Part shown: positions 50,301 through 63,718 of the stretch, piece by piece | Numbering within the stretch: position 1 is the first letter of the stretch | Layout of the letters: the number at the start of each line of letters is the position of its first letter | From: Haliotis cracherodii | Taxonomy: Eukaryota | Direction of reading: 5' to 3' | Assembly (NCBI RefSeq): GCF_022045235.1 | Contig: NW_027266308.1 | Location: forward strand, 52,762,001 to 52,826,000 | DNA length: 64,000 nucleotides | Program-made: the position numbers and the translations under genes | The notes under the pieces: generated by a model | Database searches by the model: none | What the model was told of the DNA's origin: nothing | The model's input: only the letters and a program-made list of their open reading frames with translations

Positions 50301-53300
50301 TTAGGTACATATCTAACATACTTATATACATGTACTTACTGCAGGTACAACGTCAGGTGTGGTGACGTTTATATCTGGAAAAAAAAGAATGGACGGGTGA
50401 ATGCACATTTAATAGACAATACCATGTATATAATGCTTATATATTCCACATAACAATGACTTGATAAGAATATCAAAGAGCCCTACCTTTGACTATTATG
50501 TTGTAGTTCCTATCAGATCCGTCGTTTCTGAAACCAGAAATAGAAACAGAGCGCGACAGTAGATACATTTACAAATATTTCAATGAAGTGACATCTCATA
50601 TATTCGTTTGCACTGGAGTCATCTTTTGTTTCAGTGGCCCATCCTATAGTTTTCACGGCTATTTTATCATTTACGCCAAATGGAATCAAAACTGGTTATT
50701 CTCTTGTATTGACGTTTTAGTGAGTGAGTGAGTTAATGCTTTACGTCACATTGGCAATATTTCAGCCATATCGTGACGATATTGACGTTTTATATTTGTA
50801 GAGATCGGATGAATATTTTAAGTGTAAATGTTAAATTTAGTTAAACCCTTTATGAGATTAATTACGTCTTAAGTATGTCTCAAGCCAATCAAGTGCAAGT
50901 TCTTTTCCGATATACAAAATAACTACCCCACTAAATCAGCTCATTTCAGGATAAGTTATTGCTGAAAAGATAAAAATTCAGTTGTATTTTTCAGATAGTA
51001 TGTAGGTAATGCTTTGTGCTATTATTGTCTTCCAGTTCAATGAAACTTGCTCTTACTATGAACCCGAAAAATAATAAAATAATTCTCATGAGTCAGTTTT
51101 ACCCCTTGTCGTCTGTAACCAATGCACCAATAACATAGGATCCTACGTCAGACTTTTGTGGGCGCCATTTTACTATGGTGTACTTGACGTCATCTCTCGT
51201 GCGATTCGTGTCTGACTTTAGTGGTGGGATGACAAATGGTTGCCTTGGAATGGATCTCAAATTGAAGAAGTCCACCTTACTGAAAAAAAGCGCATCCCAA
51301 TGAATAAGGATGAAATTGTGTTTCTTTTTGTGCTTAAGAAACATACAGTATTTATCATACTGCGTACCTTGAAGGTGACTTGTATGGCTTCGCGTAGAGA
51401 GGTATTTCCAGTGTTGAGCCAACATAAACGTAGAACACATGCTGACTGCTTTTTGTTGGGGCCACAAATTCAGGCGCCTCTATGATTTTTAAAGTCTGTA
51501 TCATGAACTGAAATGATAAATAAAACAATTAATGAAAATCATGACTACATATAGGTCACAGGCCTTTGTGTACAGAAGTTGAGTACTATGACTATCATAA
51601 TAATTATGTTTCACACATCTGCCAAATCGTGAAATCTTGTGTGGATAACCTATGTCCTTACCTGAACTACTACATCGCTGAGCTCCTGACGATATGGCCC
51701 ATTTAAAAGATGTGGATACCGTTCACCCTTCCGCATTATAGGATTGGAGTTATAGTCGTTGATCTGAACGGCGATAGCCCCAAATCCTCCATCAAAGAAG
51801 TGATCCGATTCATAAGCCTTGATTTCAATGCTGCAGTCCTAAAATCAGATCATATAAAATATGATCACTCTCATCCCTGTTGTACATAAAGATGCCTTGC
51901 GAAAGATCTTTATGGCTCGAAGTCCATGTATAGTTTGATAATATACAAGGTCCTTCAAATTTACACGTCGTTCTAAATCGGTTTTAGTATAATAATCAAT
52001 GTACGTTCTGAATTTCATCATGTTTTATCACAGAAAAAAATACCTTATTTATTGTGACGTTGTTCGGTGCATGTACACCACCGGCGCTTACGAATTTTGC
52101 CTGTCGACATTGCACATAATCCCCATCCTGGTCCAAGGTAGCGAGTTTGATGACTGTTAAATTGTTCAGGAGGACTCTGCAAGACATACTAGTAATATGG
52201 ACCTGAAACCCTTTTAAGTCCGTGTCTGTTAGGGGCAGGGTGAGAAGCAATGATTTCGCAATGAATTATACGTCATGTTTTCAAAATATAGGGTATATGT
52301 ATATTTGTCATCAGTTCTAATCATGAAGCAAATTATATTTAATAATTAAACATAAACCTATTGTTACAACAATATATGAATTCTACATCACAAATGGATT
52401 GCATAACCATACAAAATAGTTGCGTTCAAATATCATCGAACTACTCTATTGAAGACAATGCTCTAACGCGACCTACTATGTATGAATGTCATAAACTGAG
52501 CAGCAGCCGATCATATTATCATATTTGTTATTTTCAATTGAAAATATCTTAAGTTAGCGATATTACATCCAAACAATTAACGGTACTGGCGCTTAGTCAG
52601 TATCCTCTGCATTCTTCTATATGGTGTTATATACACATCATGATAGATATTTTTGGCATCTTATCCATGAAAATCAATAGATGTACACAAATGTACATTT
52701 CTAACATGGTTGGGGGCAGTGGTTGTAAATTCATTTCTAACCCCTGTCTTTATTGAACCAATTAAGATTACACAAAATTACCCAGTCACAGCTTACGTTT
52801 GAAAAAAATGAGTGATGGTTTGAAAAAATGAGTGACTGTTAAATAGACATAACCAAATCACTGCAATTAACTGTTCAGAAATATCGGCATTTCCAGATAA
52901 CCAAATGGAAAATGCAAATGTAAAGGAATTGAGGTTCTGGACGTACTCAGTTGGTTATATTCTGTTTGTATTTGACATTATACAATGCATGTCCATGGAA
53001 ATACTTTGCTTACATAATACGGGCCGAAACCGAATTTACAAAATTAATGAACACCAAATAGATTTTATCTTATACCTTTAAACAATAACTAAAACAATAA
53101 CCTACTCCACGAGATGTGTTGACTTACTTGTATAAAGGCTTGAACATAACAACGGGACTGTTGTTCGCCTGCATGGTGTCATTTCGTTCGTGTGCATTAA
53201 TCTTTGTTTGAAGATGAAACATTCCATCACCTCTGTAGTTATAATCATAGGCTTTCCAGGAAATACCACGCATCCTTTAAAAACAGCAACATGATTAATC

Positions 53301-56300
53301 AGTTGCAATGACCACAGACTGCTCAGCATACACTGACACTGACATTGCGCCAATGGTTTTCTACTGACTGTATATACGCCTGAATAGACACTCAGATCTC
53401 TGACTATTTCGTAAGCATGTGTTTATGAATCACTATTAAACAGTGATGATACCAGATTTTCGCGAAAAGGTGAGCGTACCCTGCCTCACCGGTGGTACCG
53501 TCAAAACACATGCAAATGCAAGTCAATTGTTCACATAAAACAACACGGGAACATATTCTACAAGTCAAAATAGGGAAAAGCACCAGAAATAATTTTTGTC
53601 ACCGATATCTCAAATTTGGAAATGTCCTCCACATATCTACCATAAGTTTGAAAGTTTCACTGAGGTGTTGAATTTTTAACCTTCATCAAACAACTTCTGA
53701 GCAAGTGTTGTATGACGCTCTTTGAAATCCTTTTAAAGCATGCCCACTTCTACCGGTAGCACCCGCCATTTCTGAAATTGGCTTTAAAAAAGTAAGTGTT
53801 TGTTTGTTGGCTTATGCCGCACAATAGTTCCCCGGCTGGACGACGGCGGCCACAAGAAAATGAAGTTTTGCGAGACAATCCAGTGACACGAAAGCGCGTT
53901 CGCTAATTTTGTTGAAACCTCGATTGATATGTTAATTTTGAAATACGGCTGCTACGTAAGTCCTACGGAAAGACAAATACTAAAGAAGCTCGTTTTTGCA
54001 ACATAGTTCTGATTGGGGTTAATATCTCGACACTTCGAACGTGTTTGGTTATGAATGAACATCCAAAATATCCGAGATGTGAACAACAACCTTCCGTATC
54101 TATCTCTAGCGTAAATGTAGATCATGCAATCTGGTCTTAGTCTAATGCTGACTTAGCCCTTCGTTTGAACAGATTCAAGTTTGTTGATTTTCATATCTTC
54201 TTTGGCGTTCATACTGATTTTCCATAATGATAAGTGCGGTGCAAATTTAATTCTACAGAGACGTCGCTGGCGTCAGCCTGTTGTTCAGATGTCATTTAAT
54301 CAATCATGAATAATGGATTTCGTCATATGGTATTTTTCTCAACAGTGATTCAAGTGTGACGTAATATTGCTTTTGGCAGAGATTTCTTATGATTATGGAA
54401 AAGGCTTTGTCGCTTTTATTCAACTTGAAAATTGCTAAAAGGCAAATGTGCACAATACCGGAAAGTTAGTACACACGATCGTTCTACCCTTATGGTGATA
54501 GAAATAATTTCTTTGTGATGGCCGCCATACGTGTCATGGTCCTCGCATATTCAGTTTATTTATAGTACCGTGTGTATCATCTAAATATATTGTATCTTTT
54601 CATTTCTGCAATTTTCTAAATGGCACAATATGGCTTTGATTGCATTGCCACTGAAGATTGGAAATTCAATGAAAGTTACAGGCAATGTTTACCTTTGATA
54701 AATACCAGCAGCCAATGTAATCTGTCTACAGGCCTACACATCTCAAGCTTAATGGATCATGACGTATATATAGAGTTACAGATGGATAGACATATATACT
54801 ATATCCTCCAGTGGTCAGAATGTGCTCGGATCCGAGCAGATATTGTGGAGTTTCAAGTTACAAAATGACATTCCATTAACAGGCTCAGTGCTGGTATCTA
54901 TGCAGAGAGGACTGGGGATGGCTCATCTTGAAGACATTTAGCGGAGATCATATTACCAAGAACAAAACACTGTGTAACAAAGTATATACTTTCTATTACA
55001 TTGCACGAGTTGACTCTTGTGCAGCACAGGGCAAAGAGCATCTCCATAGTGCTTTCCAGGATGATGGCGAGAGCATAGTTTCAGAATCTAGGAATCTGGG
55101 CCATATGTTTGCTTATGGATGATTGGATCAGGCGTTATCCATATTGACAACATTTCAGTCAAGGAGCCTTGATAGATCGTATGCAACTAAAAGCGACAAA
55201 GCCATTTCCATAATCATAATAAATCTCCATTATACCATTCCGACTTAATCATGGGCATGTGCTTAAGAATAACAATCAAATAGTGGTGACACCAGGTGTG
55301 AGAAAATGATGAAGATATCGCGATAGTGCATCGATGCATGGAGCTTCAGAAAGGCTTTTCCCAGAGGCTAGAGGTTTTCGCATCGATAACTCTATCTATT
55401 GTATGAAAATCTGTAACAAACTTACACAAAATCTGTATATTGGGCAGCAGGGTCGACTTCCAAAACGACTTCAGCAACTTCCTGTTCCCATCGGAGAGGC
55501 ACATTCACCGCTTGTATTTCTTCAGTCACTAGTCCCTTTGATACTTTGTCAGTTATTGTCCTGAAAGAGACATTTCCATGAAGGTAATTAGTCTCCGAAG
55601 TCCAGTTTCCAAAATATGCATCTCCATATAAGTCTGTCATAATCTTCCGAGATGTGATTGTGCTCCTTCCGAGGTCTTTCGTCGAACAGTGTTCTCCACA
55701 AGGCCCTTCGCCTAGAACCCATCCGGTAACGACAGTTAACTCAACCTAGAAGAAAATAGAAGAAAGTGTTTAAAAACGTTCGATACCCCGGGTAAATTCC
55801 ATTTGGGAGAATTCATTAAACTATAAGAAAACATCATTTAACCGCATTTGTTTGTCTGAGTAAATTCACAACTTTTGACACTTAATTCTCTATCTGCCCA
55901 AAATGAAAACAGTACACATCTTATCTCCCTTAGAGGATGGGGCCATTATGACATCCTGGAGTAGTTGAATGTGTTCTTAGAATCTCACTGTCTTTGTTCC
56001 GACTGTCATAAGAAGTATGTACTCGCTGTGCTGTAGATGTTACGAAATGTCTCGTGTCCACAAAATGACACATTACCATGTTAACAACCTCGACAAATTA
56101 CTGGCATGATATGTATTTATTCTAGGAACAACACATTCGTTCTTTGAGAGGTTAAAGGCTGACCCCTTTCATTGATGGGAAATATCTATTACAATTTTGT
56201 TATATGAGACACCAACGTGGTATCTCACACAGAACAATAATGAGTGCTCCCCCTTGTAACAGATTATGAAGTTATAAAGGCATATTAATATAAAGATCTT

Positions 56301-57129
56301 CATTATAATTGTGATGTTATTTTGGAGCCATTGTGCCATTCAGAACTTAGTTAATGATGACCAGTGATATCAACTTCTAACTAGCAATTTGTGTGTTCTC
56401 ATGTACATGTGAACCTTGACCTGATGGTGGCTACAATGTATATCATTGAGTCGATGATTGATTTTACGTCTACAACCAGCAATAATAAAAGTCTGGGACA
56501 GGCAAACCAGTTGTTCATAAACTAAGCAAAGATAATAAATTAACACGATTTTTTGCAATGATTGCATAACTATGATATTAAAGTGAGTGAGTATGGTTTT
56601 ACGCCGCTTTTAGCAATATTCCAGCAATATCACGGCGGGGGACACCAGAAATGGGCTTCACACATTGTACCCATGTCGGGAATCGAACCCGGGTCTTCGG
56701 CGTGACGAGCGACGCTTTAACCACTAGGCTACCCGGCCGCCCCTATGATAGTAAAGTAAAAGGTACCTGATGCGCATTTGGTTTGGATGCATCTATAAAC
56801 TTGAATGTCAGCGACCCTCCCATGAAGTGCTTGTCCTGAGCCAAAGCTCCCAGTTCGGCAGTCAGGAGCAGGGCGCAGATCAAAGACAAACTCATTATCG
56901 ATTTCGTCTTGAACAATGATCAAAGGTTGATCAAACTGATAAACCGCCAGAAATGTCTGAAATTAGAAATGTACATACACTGAAGTTACAGTTGTTTGTA
57001 AACCTGAGATGTAACACTGACCACAATAAAAGTATCCCATACCTTGTACTCTGTTGCTCTCAGCTCTCGGTCGTTGAATGACTTGTCTGCATTATTGAAT
57101 CGCAACTTGTAGACAACTAAAGATTGCAT
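44313..57129 (-). CDS. Gene B: paralog of gene A (Sib-like region, two modules, three EGF domains) lacking the signal peptide; ~675 aa if expressed
   Basis: Exons: 57129-57043 (tentative), 55745-55426, 53274-53128, 52176-52044, 51838-51662, 51507-51368, 51279-51103, 50527-50487, 50374-50340, 50123-50023, 49860-49690, 49507-49461, EGF 48232-48125, 47595-47479, 45757-45629, last 44410-44313 (tentative). All are open, AG/GT, with the same phases and mostly identical sizes to gene A exons. Confidence 0.8.
45155..45400 (-). mobile_element. SINE of (CAAA)n-tailed family
   Basis: TSD GTTTTGTAATA at 45144-45154 and 45401-45411. Empty site in the other arm at ~35530. Confidence 0.85.
46090..47260 (+). 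mobile_element. Decayed Penelope-like reverse transcriptase element
   Basis: WILKLHKYPYK, FDFSTLYTIIPH, GIPLSTNCAPLLVDLFLY and RYIDDL motifs spread across frameshifts. Confidence 0.8.
47872..48050 (-). mobile_element. 5'-truncated SINE of (CAAA)n-tailed family
   Basis: TSD ACTGAAGGGT; matches the 43431 copy. Confidence 0.85.
53430..53745 (-). mobile_element. Penelope-like 3' fragment
   Basis: Reverse-complement similarity to ~46975-47280 and to 41700-41930. Confidence 0.5.
56584..56742 (-). mobile_element. HalSINE1-like SINE, full length
   Basis: tRNA-like head with GGTTCGATTCCC, (CACT)n tail, TSD CTATGATA(T/G)TAAAG. Confidence 0.9.
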
Positions 57130-59946
57130 CTTAGCAACACAGGAATGAGGATGGTCTAATTTTCAGCCAGTGCTTACTTAAAGCCGATAAATTTACCACA
57201 TATTTCTTTGTTGACATATGTCTGTATGACATAAGTACAGATTCGATTGAAGCGTTATCATCTTAAGCACCACTGGTACATTTTATGACAAATAAATCTT
57301 TCACTTTACTTTACATTTATGTGTGTAATAATGCTTTCTATAAATCTCATGGGGTACATGCTGTTATCAGCAAATATAGAAAGATCAGAAGTGTAAGAAT
57401 GTCACATAGATAATGTTATTTCTACCACACGTGAGTGAGTGAAGGTTGTGGGTATTGATGCCAAGTGAAGAGGCGGCTCAGGCTGTTACTCCAGTTAATA
57501 ACTCACAATAATACACGTTAAGGGACATAATTCGTCATCTGCCCTTGGACTGCTAGACCACCGGGGAGGGGTCAGGATATACTATCACCAGCGAAAGAGG
57601 CTTTCACAGTGTGTGATTAGGGCAATCTATATTGATCTTACACTGATAACACCAGTCAAGATATACGGGCACACGAAGCTTTGTCTTGAACACTCAGGCA
57701 CAACATAACAGTCAATATGTGTATTGTAGGCCACATAGTTGTATAAAAGCAACGGAAAAACACGCAGACATCATCATGTTGCAGCAAATAGTTAAAAGAT
57801 GGAAGAAAACATCCCTCACATGATAATTTAAGCTATATTTTTGAACATATTGATAAATACTTCACCTGCACCGCTGGGTGTGGAAGGCCTGTGTGGATTA
57901 TCTCATATACATCAGTTAAACTATAGATGTGGTGTATTTGTAACATAGGCATGCTATATTCATTATTTAGGGTAAGTGAGGGAAGGTTTGTGCTGAATAT
58001 ATTTTAAACATAATAAACCCCATAGATAGGGGAGGGTTTGCGATAAATTCATCATTTATTAACCATTTTTGCAACATCAGAAGGTTGTAGGTTTGAAACC
58101 GCTTAAATGGCATCCATTCTTTGAGATAACGAGCAGTCATTAACATAACACATGTACATGCAGTGTTAAACACAACTCGTCATGCTTCTTCGTTCCGGAC
58201 AATGTCTTTTATCATAACGAGCTGTGCATCCTATTGAATGTTTGACTATGTATCCATTTGCAATAGTCTCATGATCACGAGCTAGGTCAGTTTAGATTGT
58301 GATATAGAACTGAACAATACCATAAAATGCATACAGATTCCGGAAGTAAATTGATAAAACGATATTTGAACGACTTTGCAGTAAAAAATACAAAAAATAA
58401 TCGGTTATCAGTTTCAAGACCATGGATGCAACATTAAAGAGGTAGATTGATAACTGTCTGATTTTAGAACTGACCAAATATACAAGAGAGGTGATAGTCA
58501 GCGTTACTACTCCACTACATAATCCAATCACTGCTACATTCAGCAGCTTGTTGTTGCTCGCTCGAGGAACGAACGATTGTAGTGGTCTTTTGTGTGACAG
58601 GATTCGTACACTTATAGGTCAGTCTGCCTTGTAGGTATGGTTGTATAAAGCTGTATTTTCCCCGCTGTGACATGTAGCTATACTTAAATGACAAACGTTA
58701 CATTTATATAAATATGTTAGTAAAGGATGAATGTTTAATAGAATGCATTAACATATCAGCATATGATGGTTCATATATTCTGACTGTAGAATACATTTGA
58801 ACATCTTAGCATTTATGCATACGCGTTAACGAATACCGAAAGTTTCATCTTTTTGTCAGAAGATACACTGACGAGTTACAGACGAGAAGATCTTCCAAAT
58901 GTAGATTTTGTAGTGATGTAGTAAGCAAATAGAAATAAAACAGTATTATAAAGCAATGGCAATGGAAGAACATTACCCACGAGATAGCATAATACATACA
59001 TTTATAAATATACGAGGTGCGTTCAATAAGTTTTGCAACTCCAATATAAGACCAAGTTGCAGAATATCTTTTGCACTTTTATTTTTCAATATAATCTCCA
59101 AACAATCTCCAATATAATTGTTTTAGATTTAACTTTGGATTAAATCTCATTCAATGTCACAGGAACGTTTGTTGTTCAGTATATACAACAGATGAACGGT
59201 CTCTGGCCTCCTTTATTTGCTAGTTCAGGTTGGAAAATCAATGGAAGAGAATTTTTTTGACTTTGCCAGTCTGAGCAGAAATTCTGATTCACATGCATCT
59301 TTTAAAGAAACAGAACAGCAAGACGCGGAGGATGCCTATTTTGTTCCCAAATGTGTTTACCCCAAAACACTATGTCTTACACACTACTATCCCATATAGA
59401 ATGTCGTGGTATTTATCCTCGGATTCATTGATATTGATGTCGCCATAGTTACTGAAAACAGAACATTTCCGCAGCCTAATATCAATGTTTGACAAGATAA
59501 TTGCACGTTGTGTAGTATGCTGTTCATTTGCAACTACTAAAATTGTCACAATAGCTGTGTTGATGTAAATAGTATAATATGTCAATCAATAATCTACGCC
59601 ACGACGTTTAGAAGTACCGTACAAAGAAGCACTGCCCGGTGCTGTCCGTTAAATCGTTTCAAGAAATTGTCCATGAGCCATGACGCATAATTTGATAATC
59701 GAAGCGACAAATACCTTTCCATAATCATAAGAAGCTGAGTCCATTAGACGATTCCAACTGTATCATAAGAAGTGTTTATGAAGCAATATCAAATATCACA
59801 AACACAATTAAGAAAAAACAAGATTTAGTTATGGATACAGGCGTAAAAGAAATTTGAAATACATGGCAGTAAAATGGCTGAAAAGTTAAGGAACTTCTTT
59901 TAAACTCACATAATCCCTCTCTCACTCGATAACGCCAACTATTCGA

Positions 59947-59949
<3 letters not shown>

Positions 59950-60043
<94 letters not shown>
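59950..60043. repeat. (CT)n(AT)n microsatellite
   Basis: Seen directly. Confidence 0.95.
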
Positions 60044-60356
60044 CGTGGCAACTACATATATATGTATATCAAATACGTTTATGCGCCATAAACCTTTATA
60101 CATTTGATATGTGATTAATATGCAATGTATTTCATTTTCACCGATTTTAATTCAACGACATGCTCAAAGCCAAGCCTGGCGACCAGATCTTCATACCAGT
60201 TGGTTCTTGCTACATGCATGAGAGCCTATTCTTCCCCGGAATCCCAACGGAGGTGGGAACATCACATGTAGGCACAACAACGTCACTCTATTCTGGTGTC
60301 GTATCCTTTATTGTTATCAGTTCAATCGAGTGAATCTTTGATAAACTTAGACGCGT

Positions 60357-63300
60357 TTACATATCCAAAACTACGAGAACGTACTGAGTATCTTGAGATC
60401 TTGCTCTTTTGGTGCCAGAAATTGGCCTCACTTCGAAGAATTCTACCTCCTGCGAAATGACAGCGACAAAAACATTACCCCACAAATCTCCACCAGAGTA
60501 AAGGCTTTACATATTTAGAATGAATATTTTTTTATCTGATTTCATGTAAAATAAGCATTTTGTCAAAGCTTTTGAATCATGACAAGGTGTCTGTTGATGT
60601 ATGATACACAGCTGATAAGGAGTGAGTGAGTTAGGTTTTACGCCGCTTTTAACAGTATTCCAGTTATATCACGGCGTGTCAGCTGATTGTGGGAGGAAAG
60701 CCCGAAGTGATGCAGGTCTTAGCTATAGACGTTTACCACTTGAAACGTGAAACCCACGAGCACGGGTATGGTGCTGACAAACCTAGAAACATAATCGGGG
60801 CGAACCGGGATTCGAACCCACAATCATAGGTTTCTGGCGTGCCCAAGGGAAGCAACTCTGCACAGCGAATCGCGGCGCCTTAGACGACTGGGCCACCGGT
60901 GCCCCCTCAGCTGATAAGGAACCGAGGATGCTTTATATTGGAATTTACTATGTCATTTTAGTTATGTTTTCAAAATTTTGGCAATGTAGAAATACCAAGG
61001 CTCGGTTTAGCCGAACTCAATTACAAATACAAAGGACAGTGGTGCATTATGTGGACACTTTATGTACCGTAACCTTACCTTAGAGGATGCAATGTAGGCT
61101 ACCCTGTTTTTCCCATTGTAGCCATTGACAGAAACCGTTACAGCGCTTGCATGTCCACTGGTCTTAGCAAAGGTGTGCCATGCCAGTCGAATACTGAAAT
61201 CACTTGGAACACCTGCAAATAAAAGCATCAAATGTAATTACCGAGGCTAGATAACTGTTTGACATTTTGTAAACTTAAAAGTTCGAATACTGATTGACAA
61301 TTCCAATAATATGATATAATATCATACTTATTCTTTAATTGAAGTATAGATCATGTTTTAGGGAGCTTTTAATTGCAATTCAAGGAAGGAGAGTGTCGCT
61401 GATGATGGTCTTGTAATGTTTTCGGCTTGGTGTGAGAGTACATTTGGTGTAATTTTCAACTTTAAAGAAGACATATAAAGTTTATGTAAGGTATCATATA
61501 AAGCATATAATATGTAAGACTATGTTTTTCGCACAATCGTCTCATTCTGAGTGTCGGTGGTGGTGTCATAGAAAAATAATAATTGTTATCATTTTTCTTA
61601 AATTAAAAATGCAATATAATTATTCGCTCGCTTCGTTTCTGAGAATACGATGCTGAATAGAATATGACTGTTCACTAATTAAACAATTTTCTAATTACGT
61701 TAAATTCTTCAACTCTGTGCCATGAACATATCCAGGGCACATCTTCATCAAGTTTCAGCTTTGTGGGAAGTTTGAAAAATGGTCTGCGTTTTTAACATAC
61801 TCAAGCCTAGATTGTTCCAGACAACACAAAATTGTATTGGCAAGGGTAGAATGCGATAAACGTATTATGTTTCATGTAAAGCTAGAAACATGTTAAGTAT
61901 CCCAGATTCTGTTAAATAAATTCAATTTATCACTGTCTACTTTCAATATAACAATTCTTTTGTCCATTTTTTTTAACACTCACAAGTGTCACAAGGAACA
62001 GCGAAATCAACAAGTATGTTCAAATAGCGTACTTACCCAACAATACTGCATCCGAACCGCCATAACTTCCCACAGTCATGTTGTTGATTTTGATGTCATT
62101 CCTGTGGTCAATGGATGCCACGGAGGTCTGTGCCATGAACATCACACTGTTGACACCAGCGGCGATCTCAAGGCTCTTGACACTGTTGCCGGCACCGCTA
62201 CTGAGTCTGATGAATATTACATGTTACATTATACTGCCTACACTTGAAATGTTATTCTTGGGTTTGTTTGTTTGTTTGTTGTTTAAGGCCACACTCAGCA
62301 ATATTCCGGCTATATGACGGCGATCGGTAAATAATCGAGTCTAGACCCGACAATTCAGTGATTGACAGCACGCACATCGATCCACGCAATTGGAATACAA
62401 TGACATGCATCAACCAAAGTCAGCGAACCTGATCACCCGATCCCCTTAGTCGCCTGTTACGACAAGCATAGCCGCCTGTTACGGCAAGCATGGTTTGCTG
62501 AAGACTTATTCTACCCCGGATCTTCACGGGTAGTTTTCTGTCAATTTATGTTTTCTACAATTACAATTAGAATATTTTTTGTAAGATACACTCAGCCTAG
62601 CATTTTTGTATTCTGAGAAACTGAAATCAGGTCACATTTGTTCAAAACAAAACAATAAAAAGACGAGATAACAGTTTGAAGTTACACACGTTGTTTTAAA
62701 ATACAGGCTATTATGATACGTCGTAGATAACCTCTTTGCCGGAAGTGATTAGTCAAATACTCTTTATACTCTATCATGTTTGACACAAATATGTACCACA
62801 TTCAATAGGCCATATATGTCTCTGATATCATGGGTTGGCTATTTTGAAAACAATCAACACTTTGTTAAATTTAAAGTCTTAAAAAGGAAATACGACATGT
62901 TTGCGTCTTTTTCTGTACACTGCGATATAATTCTCAATTTACCTGGCAACATAGAACTGCACCTCCTCAACTTTTCCACGATCGGAATCGATTCGTCCTC
63001 CGACAGAAACTGAGGTAGCACCGTGCATGTTATAGGGATTCACGTACTTGTCATATGCTGGCTTCTGGTGCGATGGCATTATCGTTAATCTGCATTTGAA
63101 TTACAAAACGAATGATGTTGTTAAACGTTATTCTGTAACAAAAGAATGAATTAATATTGTTGTGAAGACTGAGCACACAATCTCATAAAAAATATTCCCC
63201 AAATTATTCATGATCCTTAACCTTTTTTGTTCAGTATACAGTATACATAGTGTCACTGAACAAGTGTCACTGTCGCAAAATTAATCTGGTTAGATCTAAA

Positions 63301-63718
63301 TCATCACAAGGGCAAAAACTATTCCTTTTCGAACGAGCGAGGCTTTAGCGATAATCGATAGATAACAGGTCAGGGGAGACAAAGAAAGAAGTCGACACTG
63401 GGTCTCAGGAGCTTTAACCACTACGTACCACCTCTGCACTAACTCTTTTCGTGCAGTTAGGCTCATGAAAAGCAATAGTTGTGTTTGAATCTGCTTTCTT
63501 GATTGCTGTTATAACAAGAGACGCCAATGGTGAATGTTTAAAAAGTCTTTACCCATGAAGGCTGCCGTGGTTGTTTTGGATCTCCTCGGTGTCGTATCTG
63601 AAGATGGTGTTGCCGCCGTCGGTGTAACCAGCAAAGTAAACTTTCTTGTCATTGTCGTTGTAGTAGATGTGTTGAATGCGACTGTCAGCCATGTTCTGTG
63701 TGTCATAGTCCTCGTCAC
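60357..63718 (-). CDS. Gene C: 3' part of an uncharacterized protein with bacterial-like, probably beta-propeller, motifs (5' end beyond the exons found)
   Basis: Five phase-consistent AG/GT exons: 63718-63553, 63089-62943, 62206-62037, 61212-61079, 60449-60357 (TAA), with AATAAA at 60312-60307. Reads ...QNMADSRIQHIYYNDNDKKVYFAGYTDGGNTIFRYD...YDKYVNPYN...VQFYVARLSSGAGNSVK...GSYGGSDAVLLGVPSDFSIRLAWHTF...QYVLVVLDM*. Confidence 0.8.
60622..60907 (-). mobile_element. tRNA(Leu-like)-derived SINE, full length
   Basis: 13-bp TSD CAGCTGATAAGGA at 60609-60621 and 60908-60920; high similarity to 1648-1934. Confidence 0.9.
62262..62531 (-). mobile_element. SINE of (CAAA)n-tailed family
   Basis: Matches the 43431 and 45155 copies over their length. 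Confidence 0.85.

Noticed and set aside
58292-58680. Hydrophobic ORF suggesting a transmembrane or GPI tail
   Set aside because: No in-frame splice link to any gene model.
59031-59100. Mariner-like terminus TACGAGGTGCGTTCAATAAG
   Set aside because: Only one end visible and no transposase remnant.
59381-59451. Exon-like segment (NYGDININESEDKYHDILYGIVV) on the - strand between genes C and B
   Set aside because: Gene C already terminates at 60357, and no upstream partner exon or homology supports it.
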